Part shown: positions 55,111 through 62,622 of the stretch, piece by piece
Position numbering within the stretch: the stretch's first letter is position 1
Layout of the letters: every line of letters starts with the position of its first letter
Assembly (NCBI GenBank): GCA_964650545.1
Contig: CAZYTZ010000001.1
Span: forward strand, 23,686-87,685
Direction: 5' to 3'
Origin: Candidatus Micrarchaeota archaeon
GTDB lineage: Archaea > Micrarchaeota > Micrarchaeia > Anstonellales > Anstonellaceae
Length of the DNA stretch: 64,000 bases
Position numbers and translations under genes: made by a program
The notes under the pieces: model-generated
Seen by the model: the letters and a program-made list of their open reading frames with translations, nothing else
Database searches by the model: none
Told to the model about the DNA's origin: nothing

Positions 55111-55155
55111 AACCATTATAAATTATACATATCAAAAGTATCGTTAAGCGATACT

Positions 55156-55968
55156 ATGAAGATACAGAAATCGATGCGTTTCGGCGAGCAGGAGGTAAAA
55201 CTGCTCTTCGCGCTTGAACAGGGAAAGAGCCCCGTTTTCACGATAGCGCAAGCGCGCAAGGCGCTTGGGACGACTGACGCCTCGGTCAAGAACGTCCTTT
55301 CACGCCTGAAGAGGAAGAAGCGCGTCATTCCTTTGCAGCGTGGGGTTTACCTGTTTGCGCCCCTCAAAAGCGGGCAGGAAGGGCAATGGACTGAAAATGC
55401 TTTTTCTGTTGTGCCTTACCTCGCTGGAACTGGCAAATATTATATCGGATTTGCCGCTGCGATGAACTATTGGGGCATGACAGAGCAGCTGCCCCTGACA
55501 GTGGGCATTGCGATGGAGAGGCAAAAAAAGCCCGTAAGCGCAGTACAGTCGAAATTTGTATTCGTGGCAAAAAAGCGCCTCGGGGATTATGAAAAAATCT
55601 CCATAGCGGGCACGAATGTCAACATCTCTTCGGTTGAGCAGACTGTGCTTGATGCGCTGGCTTTCCCCGAATACTGCAACGGGATTGAGGGGGCGGCCAA
55701 GGCGGTTTGGAGCGCAAGAAATAGCATTGACTGGAAGAAGCTCTCTTTGCTTGCGAAGGCAGGGAAAGGCGCGGTGCGGCAAAGGCTGGGCTATCTGCTC
55801 GAATTGCTGGGGCTGGAAAAGCGCGCAAAAGCAATTGAGGGCAAGTTTGCCGGCTTTTCCTGGCTTGCCCCCAATGCCCAAAAAGCGGAATTCCAATACT
55901 CGAAGAGGTGGGGCTTAAAGATTAACCTGAAAAAAGAGGATGTGCTTGAATTCCAGAGGGGATACTGA
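55156..55968 (+). CDS. AbiEi-family antitoxin-like wHTH protein.
   Basis: The N-terminal pattern LSRLKRKKRVIPLQRGVYLFAP matches the AbiEi N-domain. It lies immediately upstream of the AbiEii gene and overlaps its start. Confidence 0.55.
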   Translation: MKIQKSMRFGEQEVKLLFALEQGKSPVFTIAQARKALGTTDASVKNVLSRLKRKKRVIPLQRGVYLFAPLKSGQEGQWTENAFSVVPYLAGTGKYYIGFAAAMNYWGMTEQLPLTVGIAMERQKKPVSAVQSKFVFVAKKRLGDYEKISIAGTNVNISSVEQTVLDALAFPEYCNGIEGAAKAVWSARNSIDWKKLSLLAKAGKGAVRQRLGYLLELLGLEKRAKAIEGKFAGFSWLAPNAQKAEFQYSKRWGLKINLKKEDVLEFQRGY

Positions 55969-56726
55969 TGGATTTGACTGAATTGAGGAAAAGGGCGATG
56001 AAGGAAGGCATACCTCTGGCAATAATGGAGAAGGATTACGCGCTTTCCGTTGTGCTTCTTGAATTGTCAAAGACTGCCCTGAAGGGCAATTCCTTGTTCA
56101 AGGGTGGCACGGCAATAAAGAAAGTCTATTTTCCAAATGCAAGGTTTTCCGAAGATTTGGATTTCACTGCGCCGAATATGAAACAGGATGAAATAACGCA
56201 CGCGCTGAAAACCATGCTTGAAAACAAGGAGATTCTTGGCATCCGGTTTGGCACCCTTGAGCACGAGAAGACGGGCGCAGGGCTTCGGCTGTCAGTCAAA
56301 TTCTCAGGGTTCCTTGAGCAGCCACAGAGGATACGCTTTGACTTCAGCTTCAGGGAAAATGCAGTCTTGCCGCCTGTTGAAAAAGAAGTGATTGACAGCT
56401 ATTCGCTTGGCAAGGCAGGCATACGGACCTTGCAGGTGGAAGAATTGCTTGCCGAGAAAATCCAGGCGGCATTTTCGCGCACGGTTGCAAGGGACCTGTA
56501 CGACATTTGGTTCCTGCTGAACAACGGCGTCAAATTGGATGTCGCGCTTATCCGCAGGAAATTCGCGTATTACAACGAAAAATACGAACCGGAAAAGCTG
56601 GAAGGCAGGCTCAATGGCTTCAAGCTGAAATGGAATCAGGATTTGGGGCAGTTCCTGAAAGAGGTGCCTGCATTCGAAATGGTCGGAGCGGACGTGCTGA
56701 AGCAACTTTTAGGGCAAAGAGGATGA
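55968..56726 (+). CDS. AbiEii/AbiGii-family nucleotidyltransferase toxin (DUF1814).
   Basis: It has LFKGGTAIKKVYFPNARFSEDLDF, the canonical GGTAL...RFSEDLDF motif. Confidence 0.65.
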   Translation: MDLTELRKRAMKEGIPLAIMEKDYALSVVLLELSKTALKGNSLFKGGTAIKKVYFPNARFSEDLDFTAPNMKQDEITHALKTMLENKEILGIRFGTLEHEKTGAGLRLSVKFSGFLEQPQRIRFDFSFRENAVLPPVEKEVIDSYSLGKAGIRTLQVEELLAEKIQAAFSRTVARDLYDIWFLLNNGVKLDVALIRRKFAYYNEKYEPEKLEGRLNGFKLKWNQDLGQFLKEVPAFEMVGADVLKQLLGQRG

Positions 56727-56730
56727 GAAT

Positions 56731-57231
56731 TTGAACGGAACTTCGCTGAAACTGACGATAGAACTCGTGCCGTCCACCTCCTGGTGGAAAAGCCTCAGGG
56801 CAAAGATGCCAAAGGATGAATGGGATGCGATTAGAAAAAGCGCATACGCAAGGTTTGGATACCGGTGCGCGATCTGCAATTCAAAGGGCAGGATGCACTG
56901 CCACGGGGTTTGGGAATTCGATGATGCAAGGCACGTCCAGAAATTGAAGGATTTCATTGCGCTCTGCGAGATGTGCCATTATGTCAAGCACATCGGCCTT
57001 GCAAGTGTCAAGGCGTCGGAAGGGGAGTTGGATTACAACGAGGTTGTAAAGCACTTTTTGAAGGTGAATGGCTGCGACATGCGGGCTTTTGAAAAGCACA
57101 AGGATGCTGCATTTTCCAGATGGCAGGAGCGCTCCAGTCATGAATGGAGAGTGGATGCGAGTGTGTATGAAAAGCTGCGAAGCGCGATGCTTGATAAAAA
57201 GCAGCACAGGCTGTTTGAGGAGAGCTTATGA
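56731..57231 (+). CDS. Cys/His-rich HNH-like nuclease-fold protein (166 aa).
   Basis: It has CAICNSKGRMHCHGVWEFDD...CEMCHYVKH, a CxxC...HxH...CxxCH pattern. It starts with TTG, and its stop overlaps the next gene's ATG. Confidence 0.4.
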   Translation: MNGTSLKLTIELVPSTSWWKSLRAKMPKDEWDAIRKSAYARFGYRCAICNSKGRMHCHGVWEFDDARHVQKLKDFIALCEMCHYVKHIGLASVKASEGELDYNEVVKHFLKVNGCDMRAFEKHKDAAFSRWQERSSHEWRVDASVYEKLRSAMLDKKQHRLFEESL

Positions 57232-58217
57232 AGAAGCTGGAGGGGATGACGCGCGAGGATGTGCGAAAGCTTGTCGACTACAAGATATTCGAGCGCGGAG
57301 TCGAGTACTTTGCAGAAGGGCATGTGATTGAGCCATCTGTTTCCGGCAATAAAATCATGGCTGAGGTTGAGGGTTCGTCATACCAGAATTACAGGACTTC
57401 TGTTGAACTCGCCAATGGGCAACTGGAATGCAAATGCGACTGCCCGTATGATTGGGGAACCTGCAAGCACGTGATTGCGCTGCTTCTTCATTGGGTAAAG
57501 GAAAAGGATGATTTTGAAGACCTTGGCCACGTTGCCGAGAAGATGGAAAAGATGCCGCGCGAGGATTTGCTGAAGATTCTGAGGCGCTTTGCCAAGGATG
57601 AGCCGCAAAGATTCGTCGAAATTGTTGATTTGGCGCTGGTGGGCGAAATAGCTGACGAAACAAAGGCACTGGACTTCGTCACGAAGGCTAAGAATATCCT
57701 TAGAAATGGCGATGACCGCAGAATTTCCGATGTTGTGAGGAGAGTGATCATCATTCATGAGCAAGCCCTTGGTCGCTTTAAGAGCGATGGAGCGAACTAT
57801 GCTGCTGGCCAGCTGTTCAGAATCGCTTGCGCCTTTCTTGACGCACCTTGGGTTTGCGAGGATTCGAAAGGCGAGGGCATCGGGCTGGTTTCGGAATTGC
57901 TTGACGATGTGCGGTTGATATGGATGAACCACAAAATTTCTAAGAAGGTGAAGAAGGAAATCCTGGATGAGACCTGGAAAATAATAAATGCCGACACAAC
58001 GCTCTTGACCGATTCTTTTGACGACTTTTTCGAAAGCACATGCAAGGGCGAATGGGAACGGAAAATCATGCGAAAGCCAATAATCCAGCGATTGGTTCGG
58101 CTAGAAGAACTTGAAAATAGGGGGCGGCAGTACAAGTCGTATAGGTATGAGCAAACGCTTCACTTTGCACGGAAGTTCGGTTACATCAGCCAAAAGGGAG
58201 TTTACATCCAAGATTAA
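57228..58217 (+). CDS. SWIM zinc-finger domain protein (329 aa).
   Basis: It has the CxCx(n)CxH SWIM signature (CKCDCPYDWGTCKHVIALLL). Confidence 0.55.
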   Translation: MKKLEGMTREDVRKLVDYKIFERGVEYFAEGHVIEPSVSGNKIMAEVEGSSYQNYRTSVELANGQLECKCDCPYDWGTCKHVIALLLHWVKEKDDFEDLGHVAEKMEKMPREDLLKILRRFAKDEPQRFVEIVDLALVGEIADETKALDFVTKAKNILRNGDDRRISDVVRRVIIIHEQALGRFKSDGANYAAGQLFRIACAFLDAPWVCEDSKGEGIGLVSELLDDVRLIWMNHKISKKVKKEILDETWKIINADTTLLTDSFDDFFESTCKGEWERKIMRKPIIQRLVRLEELENRGRQYKSYRYEQTLHFARKFGYISQKGVYIQD

Positions 58218-58301
58218 TGCCTCAAGCCCCTCTGAAATCCATCATGTGTGCTTTTTATCGCCTTTCATTTCTTAATGTGGTATTAAATGTATACTCGTGA
58301 A

Positions 58302-58376
58302 TGCCACTGGCCGGATTTGAACCAGCAACACATCGGTCTTCAGCCGATTGCTCTCCCAGGTTGAGCTACAGTGGCG
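58302..58376 (-). tRNA. tRNA-Phe (anticodon GAA), without introns.
   Basis: Manual fold of the reverse complement. The acceptor is GCCACTG/CAGTGGC with discriminator A73. The D-arm is GCTC-AACCTGGGA-GAGC. The anticodon stem is ATCGG/CCGAT with loop CTGAAGA. The T-arm is GCTGG-TTCAAAT-CCGGC. Confidence 0.85.
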
Positions 58377-58402
58377 CGTAGTCGGACATTTGCTCAAAAA
58401 AG

Positions 58403-58411
58403 TTAAAAAGG
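58403..58411 (-). promoter_or_regulatory. TATA-like element (minus-strand CCTTTTTAA) for tRNA-Phe.
   Basis: It lies about 27 nt upstream of the tRNA 5' end on the minus strand. Confidence 0.4.
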
Positions 58412-58416
58412 CACTA

Positions 58417-59519
58417 TCAGGCGTGCTTGCTAGAAAGCAGAGCGAGGGCCTTTTCATGCGGCGCGTCCGTCCTCAACGCTGTCGGGCAAAAGTGCGTGCG
58501 CGAGGCACAAAAGCCTGCCTTGCGCAATTTTTCCACAGCATCCTCAATGGGCAGTATCTTGCAGCCCCTCTTTTTCGCAACCTCGTGCAAGTCATAGTAG
58601 CCAATGGACTTCACGCCAGCTTCGTCGCTTACAGTGCGCAGCAGCTTTTCAATCTCTTTTGCTTTTGAGTATTTCCTCTCTGCATTGAGCGACAGCATTC
58701 TTTCAACAAGCACAGCATCCCAAAGCTCGCCTAGGTAAAGCTGGCCGCCGATCATAAGCTGCGCGCCGCAGTGCGGGCACTCTTTTTGAAGCGGCAGCCG
58801 CTTCCCATCGCGCCACTGGCAGGAGGGGCAGTAGGAAACATAGCCTATTTTTTTCATCGCCTCAACTGCTTTCACTGCGCCTTCCTCAACTTTGAAAAGC
58901 ACCTTCACATAGTGGCGATGCGACAGGGTGAAAATCGGCGTTGCAGCCAAATTCAGGGGCGCAAATTCCCTTACCACTGCAGCCGACAGTATCCTGCACG
59001 CATTCTCATGGCAAAACTCGTTGTTCAGAGGGGCTGCGGCATAATTCTTCAGGCAGGCTGCGTGGTGCGCGCCGCAAAGCACTGCGACGTCAGTGGCAGT
59101 TGCGGATAGATAGCCTCCCCTGTTGGCGGCAAGGCAGCGCGCGGCATCATGCAGGAACGGCTGCGGCGAGCCAAACGGGTCCAGCTCCACAAACCCGGAT
59201 GCATTCTCCCGCAAAAACTCGTTTGCATCAGAACAGGCAACGTTGCACTTCACCTTGTTTTTCACAGCATTTTTCTTCGCGCACGCGGCTGCTTGCCTGC
59301 TGGCATCCACAAGCGCCAGTTTGCCAACATTCCTGTTCTCAAGCTTGTAGCGCAAGCCACGCACGCCGGACGCGCACATGGCATCCACAACATCAACTTT
59401 CCCGCCAATCGCGCCTACTGAAAGCGAGAAAAGCGAGCGGCAAAGTTCCATCTGCGGGTTGTAGAACACGCCTGATGCCAGCGCGATTTTCACCTTCCCC
59501 TCCGCAATGGTGGCTGCCA
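58417..59519 (-). CDS. trm1: tRNA (guanine26-N2)-dimethyltransferase Trm1.
   Basis: The internal ATG gives MAATIAEGKVKIALASGVFYNPQMELCRS..., the canonical Trm1 N-terminus. It has the SAM-binding region and a C-terminal CPSC...CPHCG zinc ribbon. The ORF-track GTG extension to 60006 overlaps aroA and is rejected. The start coordinate is within ±1 nt. Confidence 0.8.
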
Positions 59520-59611
59520 TGTGGGCTAATAGCAAACAAAGCAATAAAAAAGCGCCATGATGCGCTTTTTTAGATTTGGAATTGCCAGTTCCAAAGTAAT
59601 AAAAAATACCC

Positions 59612-60865
59612 ATGCGTCTCACTAGCATGCAAGCAGAGATACGCCGCTCTATCATCTCAGGCTCAGCCCAAGCGCCGCCAAGCGCGCCTCTTTCCCACCG
59701 TGCCATTGTGCTTGCCACTCTCTCGCCCGGGCAGACGCAAATATCAGGCATCCCCTCCCTGCCGGGCATGCAGGCAACAATTTCTGCCTGCCGCGCCTTG
59801 GGCGCGGACATCGTCCAGTCAGGAGCCATTGTGGACGTCTTTGGGCCTGAGGGGCTTGCGCAGCCTTCCGAAGTGGGCTGCGCAGACAGCAACACCACTC
59901 TCAAGTTCATGCTGCCGCTTTGCGCCTCGCTTGGCTCTGAGATGAACATCACGGCATCCAGCAGGCTTTCAGGCGCAGACCTGTCGCCATTCCTTGACTT
60001 TCTCACCGAAGCGGGCGCGCAGGCATCTCAAAGCGTGTCATTCCCCGCCCGGGTGAAAGGGCCCATTTCACTGGAGGAAAAGCTCTATCTCGGGGGGTTG
60101 GGCTCGCAATTCCTGTCAGGCCTGCTTCTCTGCGCGCCGCTGCTTCCAGGCGGCTCGTCAATCGGAATTGAGGGTGGGGTGCCTGGCTGGCAATATGTGA
60201 GGGAGACAATGATAATGATGAAGGAATATGGCATTGAGTTCTACTCTGACACACATGACTTTCTCTCCTTGCCAGGCGGCCAGGTCTATTTGCCGCCTGA
60301 GAACATACGTGTGCCTGCCAGCTCCTATCTTTCCTCCTTCCTTCTCCTCGCAGGCGCGCTTTCAGGCAAGGCAACCCTAAAGGGAAGCTGCGACTGGCAG
60401 TCGCACGACCACATTTTCCGCGCATTTGGCGCAGGCGTAACCATCCGCAAGCACGAAATCTCGGTTTCCGCAGGCTCGCTTTCAGGAATTGAGCTTGAGG
60501 CAGAGGAAGCGGGATTGCTGCTTCCTCACGCAATAGTCCTTGCATGCGCATCATCCGGCGAAACAAGTATAAGCGGCCTCGCGTCAGTGCCGCGCCGCCT
60601 TCAGGCGCGCGTATCCAAGCTCTGCCGCGAGCTTGGCAGGATGGGCGCAAAAATCACAGAGGAAAAAGGTGGTCTGTCAATAACAGGGGGAAAATTGGCC
60701 GGCGCCAAGGTGACTCCTGACGGTGATGCAGCGGTGGCAATGGCTGTTGCGGCAGCTGCAGTGTGCGCGTCCGGGCCCACCGCAATAGATGGCGCGGAGT
60801 GCGTGGAGCGCACCTACCCGAACTTCTTCCGCGACCTTGTTTCGCTTGGCGCGATTGTAAGGTAG
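59612..60865 (+). CDS. aroA: 3-phosphoshikimate 1-carboxyvinyltransferase (EPSP synthase).
   Basis: It has the N-terminal LSHRAIVLATLSPGQTQISG motif and is 417 aa with the two-domain inside-out alpha/beta fold pattern. Confidence 0.85.
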   Translation: MRLTSMQAEIRRSIISGSAQAPPSAPLSHRAIVLATLSPGQTQISGIPSLPGMQATISACRALGADIVQSGAIVDVFGPEGLAQPSEVGCADSNTTLKFMLPLCASLGSEMNITASSRLSGADLSPFLDFLTEAGAQASQSVSFPARVKGPISLEEKLYLGGLGSQFLSGLLLCAPLLPGGSSIGIEGGVPGWQYVRETMIMMKEYGIEFYSDTHDFLSLPGGQVYLPPENIRVPASSYLSSFLLLAGALSGKATLKGSCDWQSHDHIFRAFGAGVTIRKHEISVSAGSLSGIELEAEEAGLLLPHAIVLACASSGETSISGLASVPRRLQARVSKLCRELGRMGAKITEEKGGLSITGGKLAGAKVTPDGDAAVAMAVAAAAVCASGPTAIDGAECVERTYPNFFRDLVSLGAIVR

Positions 60866-61126
60866 AACGAAACTAGCGCTTGCGCTATATGGGCAATTTT
60901 TTCAGGCAGGCACAGCCGAGCTTACAGCTCGCCGACCCTGCGCTTCATCTTGCGCTTAAGGCGCTTGCGCCTCTTTTTCAGCCATTTCCAGCGCATTCTC
61001 CCCTTCTTTTTGTGGGCTTGAAGGGCGAGCCTTCAGGCTTTCCACTTTCGGGGACGCGAACCCATGTCATATCACCTGATTTTAGCATAATTTGCTGCCT
61101 TCTTATTTTCCCATGCCTATAAAAAG

Positions 61127-61372
61127 CTATTCTTTGCGCCACTTCTTCCGGTAGGCGTCAATCAAGCCATGCGCGTAGTTTATGCAGCCAAAAGCTGTGA
61201 CGTAGTCGCGCTTCTTCAGGAAGTATTTTGTGTCCTCGCAGTAGCGCTGAGCAAGCCCGATGACATCGCGCGTCTCGTCGGTTTCTTTCACTTCCCCCAC
61301 GTTTTGGTAGAACTGCCTTATGTCCGACTCAATGCGTGCCTTGTCGGTTGCCATCCTCTTTTTCGCAGCCAT
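61127..61372 (-). CDS. Small conserved-looking hypothetical protein (81 aa).
   Basis: ATG start. It is helical and charged (MAAKKRMATDKARIESDIRQFYQ...). Confidence 0.4.
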   Translation of the reverse strand: MAAKKRMATDKARIESDIRQFYQNVGEVKETDETRDVIGLAQRYCEDTKYFLKKRDYVTAFGCINYAHGLIDAYRKKWRKE

Positions 61373-61375
61373 ATT

Positions 61376-61951
61376 CTAACCCCGCTCCATGTACCTTGCG
61401 CGCTTCTCTATTTCGCGGCTCATCCTCACAACGGACGGCTTGCCGCCTGTGCGCGCGTAGGCTGCCACAAACGCCTCTCCGCGCCTTCCCAATGCCTTTT
61501 TCATTGTTACAACATCAGTTCCCTTGTCCTCAGCATCGTGCGAAATGCTCCCAAGGCCAAAGTCAATCACAGCCATGCCATCAGATGTGAGCATGAGATT
61601 CGCCGGCGTGAAGTCGCCATGCACAACATCAACCGAGTGCAGCGCGGAAAGTATTTTCGCAGCAGAGGCAATTTCGCGCGCTTTTATTGGCCTGCTGGCA
61701 AGCGCATGGTAAAGCATCACCCCATCCAGGAACTTCATGAGGATGGCAAAGTCAGACACTTCATAAACTACCGGGCAAATCACGTCTGCCTGCTTTGCGC
61801 GCGACAGCAGCCTTGCCTCGCGCCGCGTGCGCTCGCGCCTTATCTTTTCATCAAGCGCAGGCGCCCTGTAGCGCTTCTGACAGCGGAATTTCTCCACTGC
61901 TGGCAAGGACAGCACGCGCGTTTTTTTCAGAATTGCTTCAGCGCCTTTCAT
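61376..61951 (-). CDS. Bud32/Kae1-associated small protein kinase (KEOPS subunit).
   Basis: The start is placed at the internal ATG (MKGAEAILKKTRV...). It has the kinase catalytic loop VVHGDFTPANLML and IDFGLG in a protein of about 191 aa. Confidence 0.65.
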   Translation of the reverse strand: MKGAEAILKKTRVLSLPAVEKFRCQKRYRAPALDEKIRRERTRREARLLSRAKQADVICPVVYEVSDFAILMKFLDGVMLYHALASRPIKAREIASAAKILSALHSVDVVHGDFTPANLMLTSDGMAVIDFGLGSISHDAEDKGTDVVTMKKALGRRGEAFVAAYARTGGKPSVVRMSREIEKRARYMERG

Positions 61952-61959
61952 TTTACCCC

Positions 61960-62613
61960 TCAGGCAATGGACGGCAGGCTGACAAGGAAGAAAGAAAGAG
62001 CAACCGCGCCAAGCCAAATTTTCCAGTCCCAGGCAAATATCTTGCTTCCGTCAAGCGGATAGAACGGAATGAGGTTGAAAAGCGCAAGCCAGGCATTCAC
62101 CATGAACCCTATTGAAAATATCCTGGCAAGTTGCAGCGGAAGGTCAAGGAACAGCAAAGGCGCGAGAAACACCACGCACAGCACCCAGTTTGCAGCAGGC
62201 CCAGCAAGCGAGATGAGGCCATTCTCCTTTATTGAAATGGGGCGCATGGCATAGATGTAGACTGCGCCTGGAGCAATGAAGAATATGCCCGCCCCTGGCC
62301 CCCAGATTATTTGGGGCACAACCACCAAGGCAAGCGCAAATGCCAGGCCTGCTGGCCAGGCGACAAAGCGCGCACGCGCGCCGTACTTTATTGCAAAGTA
62401 CTTGTGCGAAAGCTCGTGGAGCACAAAGCCGCTTCCCAGCGTGATTATGGCTGCGGCCATGTAGAAAAGAAAGGTGGAAGGCTCAAGCTTGAGGCCCAGC
62501 TGGTAGAATGTGAACACGAGGGAGATTGCAAGCACGGAGACTATGATGTCAAATGCCTCCTGCTTGCCTATTGCCAACCTGTTGAAGTTAATCATAGAAA
62601 CACCGCACGCCAT
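61960..62613 (-). CDS. Membrane protein with an HExxH motif (HELSH), possibly a short M50/site-2-protease-like metalloprotease.
   Basis: It has 5-6 TM helices, and HELSHKYFAIKYGAR lies within a TM region. Confidence 0.45.
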   Translation of the reverse strand: MACGVSMINFNRLAIGKQEAFDIIVSVLAISLVFTFYQLGLKLEPSTFLFYMAAAIITLGSGFVLHELSHKYFAIKYGARARFVAWPAGLAFALALVVVPQIIWGPGAGIFFIAPGAVYIYAMRPISIKENGLISLAGPAANWVLCVVFLAPLLFLDLPLQLARIFSIGFMVNAWLALFNLIPFYPLDGSKIFAWDWKIWLGAVALSFFLVSLPSIA

Positions 62614-62622
62614 TGCCAGGCG

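Noticed and set aside
58417-60006. The full 529-aa ORF-track version of trm1, which starts at a GTG far upstream.
   Set aside because: The N-terminal 162 aa are low-complexity and overlap aroA on the opposite strand. The canonical Trm1 N-terminus starts at the internal ATG (MAATIAEGKVKI).
60003-60650. A 215-aa minus-strand ORF antisense to aroA.
   Set aside because: It is an Arg/Pro-rich antisense shadow of a confidently identified gene. The same reasoning rejects 61169-62062, 62311-63537, 58941-59573, 33428-34111, 21633-22103 and 20677-21033.
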